DNA from: an uncultured Ruminococcus sp.
GTDB taxonomy: Bacteria > Bacillota > Clostridia > Oscillospirales > CAG-382
NCBI GenBank assembly: GCA_964571635.1
Contig: CAZNCN010000007.1
Coordinates: 1,096-65,095 of the forward strand
DNA: 64,000 bases
Reading direction: 5' to 3'
Within the stretch, counting starts at the first letter, position 1; each line of letters starts with the position of its first letter. Below the pieces are notes generated by a model. The model was not told where the DNA came from. It saw nothing but the letters and a program-made list of their open reading frames with translations, and made no database searches. The position numbers and the translations under genes are program-made. This document shows, one piece after another, positions 29,301 to 36,516 of the stretch.

Positions 29301-30352
29301 GTTATTGCTTTGTCCTCGGGCATGGTCTTTTGCTTTGCATCGGCAAGATCGGCAAGCAGACAGAAAACGACATTTTTATCTTTGTTCGAAGCGGCAAGAT
29401 GCGACAGCTTGTCAAATATTTCGCTGTCCTTTTGCTCACCGAAAAGCAGCGTAGTTATGGCTATGACGGTCTTTGCGTCGCCTTGTATCTCGCTTAATAA
29501 AAGCTTTTTGGTCGGTTTGCTTTTTTTAAGCGAAACAAAAAGGTCTGCCACCGCAAACGCACCCTCGATGAGTGAAAGCACACAAAACAAGGCCAATGGG
29601 CCGAAGCCGGAAACTCCGAGAACCGTGGCGGCAAGTGCAATGATAAAGAAAAGGATATATATTGTGATGTTGTTTTTGCTTTCGTTTTTGAACAGCAGAT
29701 CACCGAATGGTTCGTTTAGCTCAGATGCCTTTGATGCGATGGCGTTTGCAAGTGAAATTTGCGTGCAATGCTTTTTGTCTGCGAGCCTTTGCAGGCGTGT
29801 GCGATAGCTGTTTTTTGTGGTGTCGTCAAAAAGGGCATAGTTTTTTTCGAATGCCTTAAAAATGCTTTCGGGCAGATATGCCGCATCAAACAATGCGTCT
29901 GTTTCTATCGACGATGTGACTCTCAATGTCGTTATGCAGCCCTGCAAAAGTTCTCTGTCCTCATGTGACAGGCAGATCTCGCTCAGCTTTTTAAGCACGC
30001 ACAGGTCGATTAGAGAGGGCACGGCATATACCGAGCCTGCGGTCAGCTCAAATTCTGCCGAATTATCAGATAGATAGTCTGTCACGTCACGTTCGGTAAG
30101 CACATAATGCTTTTGCTCGCAGAGCCATTTGAGTTTGTCTGTCAAAAACTTTTTGCACGCCCTGCGCTCAAGCTTCAAAATGCCCCGATACGCCTTTTCT
30201 ATCAGATGCATATTGTCGCATATCCACGCAAATTCGCCCTGCGAATTATAAAGTGCCGTTTTTTGCGTACGTCGTATCACACAAAACGCTCTTTTTGCTT
30301 CTTTAAAAACATTTAAAGATACATTTTTTTGCATTGCATTCCGCCTCGCCAT
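23336..30352 (-). CDS. cyclic beta-1,2-glucan synthase-like giant (glycosyltransferase + central alpha-barrel + GH94-type phosphorylase domains)
   Basis: 2338-aa ORF with hydrophobic helices around aa 225-280 and 600-760. It has a GT block with 'LDRDTHMP' and 'HRWIRGD', a central 'TSPTNIGFYL' block, and C-terminal GH94-like blocks 'GFRDQLQD', 'EGDVMHWWH' and 'SDDLLWLP'. The start could instead be the second Met (30334), which has GAGG upstream. Confidence 0.8.
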   Translation of the reverse strand: MARRNAMQKNVSLNVFKEAKRAFCVIRRTQKTALYNSQGEFAWICDNMHLIEKAYRGILKLERRACKKFLTDKLKWLCEQKHYVLTERDVTDYLSDNSAEFELTAGSVYAVPSLIDLCVLKKLSEICLSHEDRELLQGCITTLRVTSSIETDALFDAAYLPESIFKAFEKNYALFDDTTKNSYRTRLQRLADKKHCTQISLANAIASKASELNEPFGDLLFKNESKNNITIYILFFIIALAATVLGVSGFGPLALFCVLSLIEGAFAVADLFVSLKKSKPTKKLLLSEIQGDAKTVIAITTLLFGEQKDSEIFDKLSHLAASNKDKNVVFCLLADLADAKQKTMPEDKAITDYAKTRIDDLCKIWGNRFCVYLRERQYSKKDKLWRAYERKRGAICELVRLLSGEKTDGIIYGNADLGGTKYICTLDRDTHMPIGALKELLGAALHPMNKPCIKNGRVTKGYGIIQPAIRTDLEAAYRTYFSRLISGEPGNDAYESVSFDRSMAVFGKGTFCGKGLIDIEVFYKTIINAVPDGVILSHDIVEGEIARTLFVPETVFYDDCPKTPGAFCKRMHRWIRGDIQNIVMVGKSKISCVGKCKILSNIRRALTNVSSALALIACALFIDKNAFLYLVLSLSHLIIPFLLSIISTLISGGAFTLRRYFTRSVTALSQATGYFLWSCIFVPVSGYITADAAIRALFRLSSGKKTLEWTTSMQAEGMSASIMPTSVSLAIGVLLLPFAKTLAGVLAAALFLCYPIAEILLSKRLGSDKKNYSKQDRQFLLESAKEMWRFFENRVGADTKHLPPDNIQYSPEMRTAMRTSPTNIGFYLVSVLAARDLGFISTDEMAERVLQTLETVKELKHYKSCLYNWYDLSTTMPLGDYVSSVDCGNCFCCLIALRMGLYEYLSESNEKVMKAIELCSEEIKNTDLGIFYDRKKHLFSLGISATADKPDGSCYDLYMSEFRLTAYAAVAFGFCDKRSWQRLGRMCTTQNGYIGMLSWSGTAFEYFLPSLFLPEYKNSFLSESLSFAFMMQRSMAKNKMFGISESGYYAFDSAMNYAYKAHGIQEIALCTYQTGDTVYAPYAAYLMLCTKEQSVIGALKAFADNGMRGEYGLYEANDFIAEKADGLIVRSFMSHHVGMSIIACANACRDDIFIKRFVSDHHISSSLELLKERVPPCIAIYDRNSSVPMRLSDNKLFKTTPTGNFSLSEPEFALLSGNGVSAICSSSGHVRMMFGKSMLNICDFCRYELLPSAVIRFCDQSGCFGCAPLHGEGNYSGETGTKYVSQINSSQAFTGKTVIRAGRARPGFFFETSADNRKKYSVTLCFEPSLDRMRDFESHPAYSRLFVEGCYDVEHNALIFKRRSAKGVKYLVAAMRDRHIAFEFTTSKECIKANGLSTVSDIDSIVADGRTGACISPLCLIRTTPIRGGKTCFIVTAGETLEAALSNLAFLRLEAKCCAVNEPSGDIMSFCLRKCCMPRQIKTFSKLPEAEISALWRHGISGDRRLILLEAFPHTEKALSDWIAAYAAMIRGFLEIDLAICIDESDNYNRPLEKFIRRLCVSNGLLGYIGSGIFLLSRATDELKMLADIHVDLSKCALPVDDGTSIASVPHIKRSMCDALKIEASLVLPTAEGGFTENAYIIDTDTNPPLPRTLVLANKNGFGTVITHSSLGYTFDGNAREKRITYHPCDPYGGLNGETLICRIGAECYDLCSCAKRVSFFAAHAVYEGSLLGYAYKVTVVIDSEINAKVIDVHFYDINKFEVALSLLPCSPDGIGQNTNTAATNDGCGFWFKNIPSRRTQDAVFVGADNARLDTDLAHFLIDERGASDRLIVSHTSSTRFVIASASQKELSALRKRSTDAICLAADAAAMKFIPNIQAKLQSKTLTALMGILPIQTGVCRLLARASFWQAGGAYGFRDQLQDCMMLTYSVPDTARMHILNAASHQYVEGDVMHWWHEGIGGVRTKCSDDLLWLPIATGEYIRITGDETILDEKICFLSSEPLDNKKERYEAPDKTKDSFSLREHCLRALEVTETGPHGLALMGSCDWNDAFSEMMGESMLTTFIYIVAAKAFLPFAGENAGRISARAAEMLQNAEMHYNDGRYIRAIASDGKIYGKKGSDECAIDAAVQAFAVFAGAKNGRDAVESAYSLLTEDEVLKLLSPPFDKGKSPAGVIRSYPPGIRENGGQYTHAAVWLAIAAFESGLCEIGTKITEMLDPISKNLTKSDMQRYKGEPYVLSADIYTAVNAFGRAGWSWYTGSAGWYYKLLLEHYMGIKICGGTIDVVPHTVFSCIITVGECTLEITASDSAGGIFLDGESISLPLKLPKGRHTLTLKAPR

Positions 30353-30496
30353 ATAGAGTTTTGTTTTGAGTTTTACTTATTTTTGCCATTATTTGCGCAT
30401 TTATGCCCGAAATGCTCAAAATAAAATTTGGCAGTATAATCACATGCCGTTTTACAAACATTATTGTCGATGCAAAAACAAAAAAGCAGGTGAGGG

Positions 30497-31492
30497 ATGA
30501 GCATCACGATTAAAAAAATAAAGAGAATAATTGTTTTATTTGCGGCGCTGGCGTTGATGTCGGTTGCCGTGTTGCCTGCGGCGGCTATCGGTGAAACCGT
30601 TTATGCGGGCGGAAACGCATTCGGCATAAAATTTTTTACCAAGGGCGCTCTCGTTGTCGGAATAAGCGCTGTCGAAACAGCCTCGGGGCTTGCTTCTCCG
30701 TCAAAGGAGGCGGGCATCAGGTCGGGCGACATCATCACGGCGGTCGATGGTGACGAGGTGCTGTCGGGAGATGAATTTTTGCGCATCGTTTCAGAGAGCG
30801 GCGGCAAGGCAATGAAAATGACCGTCATGCGTGGCGAAACGACCTTCGAAACGACAGTCAATCCTGTTGCCGATGCACAGTCCGGTGCTTATAGGCTCGG
30901 CATGTATATCCGTGATTCGGCGGCAGGCATAGGCACTGTGACCTATGTGCTTTCCGACGGCAGGTTCGCAGGGCTCGGACACGGCATTTGCGACAGCGAA
31001 ACGGGTACGCTTTTGCCGCTGGCCGATGGTGCGGTAGTCGATGTAGAGATAACCGGTGTAGTCAAGGGCAAGCGCAATATGCCGGGTGAGCTGAAAGGCA
31101 CGTTCGGTTCTGTGCGCAAGGGAACACTGTTTTCAAATACCGAAACAGGCGTCTATGGCGGCTATTACCGTTTTCCCAAGGCTTTGACAGAGCCGACGGT
31201 GACGGCACACGCCGAAGAGGGCAGGGCACAGATACTGACCACCCTGGGCAGAGACGGCATAAAAAGCTATGACATCGAGATCGAGAGCGTTGACGGCAGC
31301 CAAAGCACCAAAAACCTCATGATCAAGGTCGTAGATAAAGAGCTGATCGAGCGTGCGGGCGGCATAGTTCAGGGAATGAGCGGCAGCCCGATAATGCAGA
31401 ACGGCAAGCTCGTCGGAGCGGTCACGCATGTCCTCGTCGGAGATCCGACACGGGGGTATGGGATATTTATAGAGAATATGCTGGAGCATTGA
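30497..31492 (+). CDS. spoIVB: SpoIVB peptidase (S55) with PDZ domain
   Basis: 331-aa ORF with a signal/anchor helix, the PDZ block 'GIRSGDIITAVDG' and protease blocks 'GLGHGI' and 'QGMSGSPIMQNGKLVGAVTHV'. Confidence 0.85.
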   Translation: MSITIKKIKRIIVLFAALALMSVAVLPAAAIGETVYAGGNAFGIKFFTKGALVVGISAVETASGLASPSKEAGIRSGDIITAVDGDEVLSGDEFLRIVSESGGKAMKMTVMRGETTFETTVNPVADAQSGAYRLGMYIRDSAAGIGTVTYVLSDGRFAGLGHGICDSETGTLLPLADGAVVDVEITGVVKGKRNMPGELKGTFGSVRKGTLFSNTETGVYGGYYRFPKALTEPTVTAHAEEGRAQILTTLGRDGIKSYDIEIESVDGSQSTKNLMIKVVDKELIERAGGIVQGMSGSPIMQNGKLVGAVTHVLVGDPTRGYGIFIENMLEH

Positions 31493-31556
31493 GTTAAAGC
31501 AACAGGCTTTTGAGGTAGCCCGGATGGTCTATTGACAAATTATTTAAGATGCTATA

Positions 31557-31590
31557 AAATAAAGCCGCCGAAAATGGCCGGCTTTATTTT
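31557..31590 (+). terminator. terminator after spoIVB
   Basis: AAATAAAGCCG / CGGCTTTATTT forms an 11-bp stem and is followed by T residues. Confidence 0.65.
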
Positions 31591-31723
31591 ACATAGGGCG
31601 AGCGTGGTGTTGAATTTCGCCGATGGGCAAATACTGTATTAAGGCAGTGCATATTATAGAACTATGCCATAAATGATCAAATATATACAGTCCTTCCGCA
31701 TATAATGGTTTGGGAGGGGTTAT

Positions 31724-32377
31724 ATGAAGATAGCTTATTGTTTGCCGCAAAAAACAGCCGCTTTCTGCGGCGTTATGGTCAAGGATCGACTTTTGCTGAC
31801 AGGCGGTCACGAGCCGACAGCATATTGGCTTGATATGTCGGATGGTTCGTGTATATCAACTGTTCGGCTTTCCAAGCCTATAAAATGCATTTCACGTGAC
31901 AAAAACGGCTTTGTCGCTGTTAACGGCGATACGCTCATCTTGCTTGACAATTCACTTTGCGAACAGGCAAGCGTCAAACTGCCGATCAGGGCAACAGGCG
32001 TTTCGGTATTAAAAGACGGACTTATCGCACTCGTATCGGACGGTTCTGTATTCCTGACCGATCTCGGCGGCAATATGACCGCCGTTTGCACACACAGCAA
32101 TTGCATAGGCTATGCCGAGTCGCTTTCTGCCCGTGCGTGTGTCTATGAGCACCGAGGCAGGATACATATTGTGTTAGATGCGCCGTCGGCAAGCTTTGAC
32201 AATACAGTGCCGTCTTATTTGTCGTTCCGCTCGCTCATCGTCGATGGTGCTGATGTTTACGGGCTTTTCGGCTATGGCTATATCTATAACTGTGTCTTGC
32301 CGATATTCTCGGGAGGACTTGACATAATGTATAAATATTCTGACAGAAAAGGCTTTTTTGACCTGCTGCGTCAATAA
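31724..32377 (+). CDS. hypothetical protein (beta-rich, no motif recognised)
   Basis: 217-aa ORF with a GGGAGGGG RBS 5 nt upstream and no signal peptide. Its codon usage resembles the neighbouring genes. Confidence 0.5.
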   Translation: MKIAYCLPQKTAAFCGVMVKDRLLLTGGHEPTAYWLDMSDGSCISTVRLSKPIKCISRDKNGFVAVNGDTLILLDNSLCEQASVKLPIRATGVSVLKDGLIALVSDGSVFLTDLGGNMTAVCTHSNCIGYAESLSARACVYEHRGRIHIVLDAPSASFDNTVPSYLSFRSLIVDGADVYGLFGYGYIYNCVLPIFSGGLDIMYKYSDRKGFFDLLRQ

Positions 32378-32396
32378 GCATTTGTGAGGTGAAAGT

Positions 32397-33206
32397 ATGC
32401 AATATATTCTTGAGGGCTCAAATATTCCTTCTGTGCCTTTAAGGAGTGACGATTCGTGCAAAACGGACTTCGGCACGGTTGGCGCTTTGACAGGCTGCGA
32501 TGAAATGACAGGTGCTGCCATACTTTGCGGCAGAGCGGTATTGCACTGCGGAGCAGGTTTGCTCGTGCAGTCAAGCCAAAGAAAAGCACTTGATATATTG
32601 CGGCTCGCCGTTCCCGAAGCAATATGTGTTTCGCCAGAACGCCTTTTTGAGCGCAGGCTTAATTCGTGCGTGATAGGCTGCGGCATAGGCAGGGCATATG
32701 ACGGGGTCTTGCCCGATATATTATGCAGGCTTGATATTCCGACTGTTATAGATGCAGATGGCATAAATTTTATTGCGATGCATAAAGATATAACAAAAAA
32801 CATTCACTGCGAGCTTGTCATCACGCCTCACCCGGGCGAAATGTCGCGTCTTACCGGTCTTAGCGTGCCTGAGATACAGAGCGACAGGATAAATATTGCC
32901 ATCGATCTTGCAGCCGAAATAAATGCCGTAACTGTTCTTAAGGGTCACAACACCGTTATCGCAATGCCAAACGGCGATGTTTTTGTCGATCGGCTCGGCG
33001 GAACAGAACTCGCCAAGGGCGGCAGTGGCGACGTTTTGGCGGGCATTATCGCATCGCTTTGTGCGCAGGGAATGTCTGTGCGTGATGCCGCACTGCTCGG
33101 CGTACACACGCATTCCGCCGCAGGTAAGAGTCTTGCATCCAAATTCGGCGTGCGAGGCGTTATGCCGTCTGATCTTTGCACTGAGGCAGGCAGGCTGCTG
33201 TGCTGA
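32397..33206 (+). CDS. nnrD: ADP-dependent NAD(P)H-hydrate dehydratase (YjeF C-terminal type, stand-alone)
   Basis: 269-aa ORF with the carbohydrate-kinase-like blocks 'TPHPGEMSRL', 'VLKG' and 'KGGSGDVLAGIIASL'. No N-terminal epimerase domain is present. Confidence 0.8.
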   Translation: MQYILEGSNIPSVPLRSDDSCKTDFGTVGALTGCDEMTGAAILCGRAVLHCGAGLLVQSSQRKALDILRLAVPEAICVSPERLFERRLNSCVIGCGIGRAYDGVLPDILCRLDIPTVIDADGINFIAMHKDITKNIHCELVITPHPGEMSRLTGLSVPEIQSDRINIAIDLAAEINAVTVLKGHNTVIAMPNGDVFVDRLGGTELAKGGSGDVLAGIIASLCAQGMSVRDAALLGVHTHSAAGKSLASKFGVRGVMPSDLCTEAGRLLC

Positions 33207-33259
33207 TACCGGTGAATTAGCGAGAGGGGATTACTGCCATCAAAAAAATATTTGCAATA

Positions 33260-33697
33260 ATGCTTTTGACTGTCTGCATTTTAACATGCTCGTGCAATAC
33301 GATAACGCCGTTCATATACGACGGAACAGTCGTCAGATGCTCTGAAACCGAGTTTGAATTGAGTCTTTCGGGCGAAAACGCCGAGGTTGACATAATCAAG
33401 CCCGAAACTCTGTCGGGAATGCATATTTCGTTCGGCGAAAGTATACTGTGCAGCTATAAGGGACTTAAGACTGTCATTCCGCAAACAGCGTGCGAGATAC
33501 CGTTCGATGCGCAGAGAGCGGCAATGCTTATCAACTCTTCAATGCCTGTTTCGAGGGCAGCGGGCGAGAACGGAGAGATTATTTTTACTTATTCGCTTGA
33601 CGAAACGCGCTTGTTAGTGTATTATGACAGTCAGAAGCATAGCGTCATCGGATTTTTTGTCGGTGACAGATATTATGAGATCGTAACGGAGAATTAA
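33260..33697 (+). CDS. small lipoprotein of unknown function (start probably upstream at a non-ATG codon)
   Basis: 145-aa ORF from the ATG, beginning 'MLLTVCILTCSC'. The in-frame upstream extension '..IKKIFAIMLLTVCILTC' gives a proper n-region and is preceded by GAGAGGGG at 33222-33229. Confidence 0.5.
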   Translation: MLLTVCILTCSCNTITPFIYDGTVVRCSETEFELSLSGENAEVDIIKPETLSGMHISFGESILCSYKGLKTVIPQTACEIPFDAQRAAMLINSSMPVSRAAGENGEIIFTYSLDETRLLVYYDSQKHSVIGFFVGDRYYEIVTEN

Positions 33698-33700
33698 AAA

Positions 33701-34804
33701 TTGCCTTCACACAGAGCATTTGCCGAGATAGATCTTTCGGCAATAGAACACAATTATAAATACATAAGCTCGCTTTCGGGCGGTGCGTGCGTTATAGCAG
33801 TCGTCAAGGCCAACGCCTATGGCCACGGAGCAGTCAGGGTCGCAGAACGCCTCGAGAAGCTGGGCTGCAATATTTTTGCGGTAGCGTGCCTTGATGAGGC
33901 TGTTCAATTGCGCAATGCGGGCATCAAGAGCGATATTCTTATACTTGGAGTAACACCCGAGGAGGATGCCGCAGTGCTCGAGCAGTACGGCATAATGCAG
34001 GCTGTCACCGATGTCGGCTATGCAAGGGCACTGTCCGAGCGCGCACATGTAAAGGTGCATATCAAGGTCGACACCGGCATGTCGAGGCTCGGCATTTATT
34101 GCCATGCGGCAAACGACGTTTCGACTGCCTCAGACGCCGCACAGACTATAGCCGATATGCCGAATATCGATGTATGCGGCATTTTCACTCATTTTGCAGA
34201 ATCAGATGATATAGGCTCTGAAATGACCGAGCGGCAATATAAGCTGTTCGTTTCGGTTACCGACGAGCTCGCACGCCGTGGCGTCAAGGTCGGACTTCGC
34301 CATTGCTGCAACAGCGCCGCAATACTTGCGTTTCCGCATATGCATCTCGATGCAGTCAGACCCGGTATAATACTTTACGGACATTCGCCTGCGCCTGATG
34401 CGTTGACAGACAGCAACCTTTTGCCGGCAATGAAAGTTGCCTGCCGCGTCTATTCTGTCAAGCAGTTGAAATGCGGCGACCGCATAAGCTATGGCGGAAC
34501 ATTCACAGCTCCGCACGATATGACCGTTGCTGTCATTTCGATCGGCTATGCCGATGGCTTTTCTCGCATTCTGTCGGGTTCTGCTACCGTAAGCATCGGA
34601 GGCGTCGATTGCCCGATAGTCGGCAGGATCTGCATGGATCTCTGCATGGTCGATGTTTCAAATGCAAAAGATGTTCGCCGCGGCGATACCGCCGTCATAT
34701 TCGATGGAGCGGATAGCGTCTGCCGCATCGCAAGACAAATGAACACCATCAATTATGAGGTGCTCTGCATGTTCCGCCAGCGCGTCGAACAGATCTATAA
34801 ATAG
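33701..34804 (+). CDS. alr: alanine racemase
   Basis: 367-aa ORF with the PLP-lysine motif 'AVVKANAYGHG' and 'ISYGG' and 'GRICMD' blocks. It uses a TTG start with GGAGA 10 nt upstream. Confidence 0.9.
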   Translation: MPSHRAFAEIDLSAIEHNYKYISSLSGGACVIAVVKANAYGHGAVRVAERLEKLGCNIFAVACLDEAVQLRNAGIKSDILILGVTPEEDAAVLEQYGIMQAVTDVGYARALSERAHVKVHIKVDTGMSRLGIYCHAANDVSTASDAAQTIADMPNIDVCGIFTHFAESDDIGSEMTERQYKLFVSVTDELARRGVKVGLRHCCNSAAILAFPHMHLDAVRPGIILYGHSPAPDALTDSNLLPAMKVACRVYSVKQLKCGDRISYGGTFTAPHDMTVAVISIGYADGFSRILSGSATVSIGGVDCPIVGRICMDLCMVDVSNAKDVRRGDTAVIFDGADSVCRIARQMNTINYEVLCMFRQRVEQIYK

Positions 34805-34961
34805 TTCAAATAAGAAGCAAAACGGCAATGAAAACCAAAAAAGCTTATTGCGTTTGGGATACACTGCCTGCTATGAGCAGTTCTTGTGTTTGCATCTCTT
34901 GTCATGGTCGTTATTCAAACAGCGAAGCATAAATCGCCTGAAAAGGCATCTTGAATACAGC

Positions 34962-34999
34962 AAAAAAACTCTCCCGAAAACACATCGGGAGAGCTTTTA
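34962..34999. terminator. bidirectional terminator
   Basis: AAAAAAA-CTCTCCCG-AAAACACAT-CGGGAGAG-CTTTTAT between alr (+) and the 201-aa gene (-). Confidence 0.8.
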
Positions 35000-35012
35000 T
35001 ATTATGGTATAT

Positions 35013-35618
35013 TTAATTTTCGTCGATGACGGGGAGGGTATACTCGCCGTCGGAGCTTGTGCCGTATTCGACTGCGTCGGCGGTCTCGATGCGCTTCATA
35101 TAGAGGGTCAGCACACGCTGCAGTGGCTCTTTGATCTCGTCCTCGCGGTACATAAGAGGGGGCAGCCCGATATCGAGGTTGGCTCTGACCTCTTCGGCGA
35201 TGTCGTCGTCAAGCTCGGCGATGAGCTTTTCGGGGTCTTTGAGGAATATGCCGAGCACGGGTGCATTCTTTGTGCCGAATATGCGTGCACTCGAAATGCT
35301 CTTCCACGATATAAACAGGTTTTTGCCGGGCGAGGTGATAAAATCATAATATCCGTTGCGGCAGACTATCATCGCATCCTTTGGCGAGATCAGCCTGAAA
35401 ACCGTATAAGCCGCCATAAAAACGAAATATGCGAGTGCCAGAATGCCGATGACGGTTATCGCTGTCAGTATGCGACCGTCGATATTGCCGAGCTGCGGCA
35501 GTATGCTCGGCGCTATTGCGCAGGATGCCGATGCCAGGGTCAGCAGAATATATATCGTCAGTCGCACAGGCGCTGTCGAATCCTTTTGTCTTACATGAAT
35601 AAACTTGCTTTTCTTCAT
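35013..35618 (-). CDS. membrane protein, two N-terminal TM helices plus a PH-like soluble domain (unknown function)
   Basis: 201-aa ORF. It starts with a basic 'MKKSKFIHVRQK' stretch, then two hydrophobic helices, then a soluble C-terminus. It lies between a clean terminator and the upstream gene. Confidence 0.55.
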   Translation of the reverse strand: MKKSKFIHVRQKDSTAPVRLTIYILLTLASASCAIAPSILPQLGNIDGRILTAITVIGILALAYFVFMAAYTVFRLISPKDAMIVCRNGYYDFITSPGKNLFISWKSISSARIFGTKNAPVLGIFLKDPEKLIAELDDDIAEEVRANLDIGLPPLMYREDEIKEPLQRVLTLYMKRIETADAVEYGTSSDGEYTLPVIDEN

Positions 35619-35653
35619 GATATATGCTCCTCAGATGGGTTTAAAATCGCTTT

Positions 35654-36388
35654 TCAGTCGTATTTGACGACAGTCTGATCGTTATAGACCTTAAGTCCGC
35701 TCTCGTCGATTTCGTGCTTGCCTGCGAGGTACTCTTTGTCGACAAGGTCGTCGATAAGCACGAGCGTACCATCGTCTGCTTTTTCATATACAAACAGCCT
35801 GTAAATAAGTCCCTCGGGCCAGTTGTCAACAGAATCTTCAAGCGACTCGCCCGACTCATACATGCGCTGCTTTTGTATATAATAGTTGGCATCGAGGTCG
35901 AGCTCTACGCCGCCGAAGCAAACGCGCGCATAATAATAAGTGTCCTTTAGCTCGGCTCTGAAGGCTGACACCTCATATTCCGTGCCGTGCGAATCACGCA
36001 GAACATACACGAGCCTGTTTTGATCGCCGTATTCAGTGCCCTTGAGGTTGACCTTTACGCCGAATTCGAGCTCGCTTGTCTCTGCGGCATAAGCGTTGCC
36101 GTCGAGCTGCACCCTGCCCGAATAGCTCATGTATTCGTTGGGCTGCACCTGATATATCGTGACCTTGCCCGCACTTGCGGTCTTGTCCGAAAAATAAGCG
36201 GTTGTGTACATTTTGGGGTCGCAGCCGCTGAATATACGCCAAAAGAGTATGATATAGACAAACGCGGCGATAGAATAAAGTGCTATCTTAAACACCTTTT
36301 TTATCACCTTGGATGCCTTTGACGGCGGCATGACCGTCGACTCTTGCATTTCTTCATCGTCAGGGAAATAGTTGCCTTTGTAATCCAT
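35654..36388 (-). CDS. single-pass membrane protein of unknown function
   Basis: 244-aa ORF with one TM helix ('IALYSIAAFVYIILFW') and an AAGTGAGGA RBS upstream. It lies directly downstream of the DnaA-box cluster. Confidence 0.55.
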   Translation of the reverse strand: MDYKGNYFPDDEEMQESTVMPPSKASKVIKKVFKIALYSIAAFVYIILFWRIFSGCDPKMYTTAYFSDKTASAGKVTIYQVQPNEYMSYSGRVQLDGNAYAAETSELEFGVKVNLKGTEYGDQNRLVYVLRDSHGTEYEVSAFRAELKDTYYYARVCFGGVELDLDANYYIQKQRMYESGESLEDSVDNWPEGLIYRLFVYEKADDGTLVLIDDLVDKEYLAGKHEIDESGLKVYNDQTVVKYD

Positions 36389-36426
36389 TGATTGTCCTCA
36401 CTTGTTGACATAACGCGATGTGGTAA

Positions 36427-36516
36427 TGTGGAAAAAATATTTTTCCACAGCCAAAAACGCCTTAAAAACGGGGGATAAGCAGAAGTTTTCCACACTTATC
36501 CACCGACTTTTCCACA
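36427..36516. promoter_or_regulatory. cluster of at least five DnaA-box-like 9-mers
   Basis: TGTGGAAAA (36427-36435, reverse orientation), TTTTCCACA (36441-36449), TTTTCCACA (36486-36494), TTATCCACC (36496-36504) and TTTTCCACA (36508-36516). Each is one mismatch from TTATCCACA. Confidence 0.6.

Noticed and set aside
31532-31558. Promoter-like TTGACA ... TGCTATAAA downstream of spoIVB
   Set aside because: The spacer is only 15 nt, and the -10 box runs straight into the spoIVB terminator hairpin (31557-31590). A transcript from here would terminate immediately, so this is probably fortuitous.
34755-35678. 307-aa plus-strand ORF overlapping the end of alr, a terminator and the 201-aa minus-strand gene
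   Set aside because: It would have to read through a strong bidirectional terminator hairpin (34962-34999). Its sequence is Cys/Arg-rich and featureless. The minus-strand 201-aa product has a sensible architecture of two TM helices plus a soluble domain.
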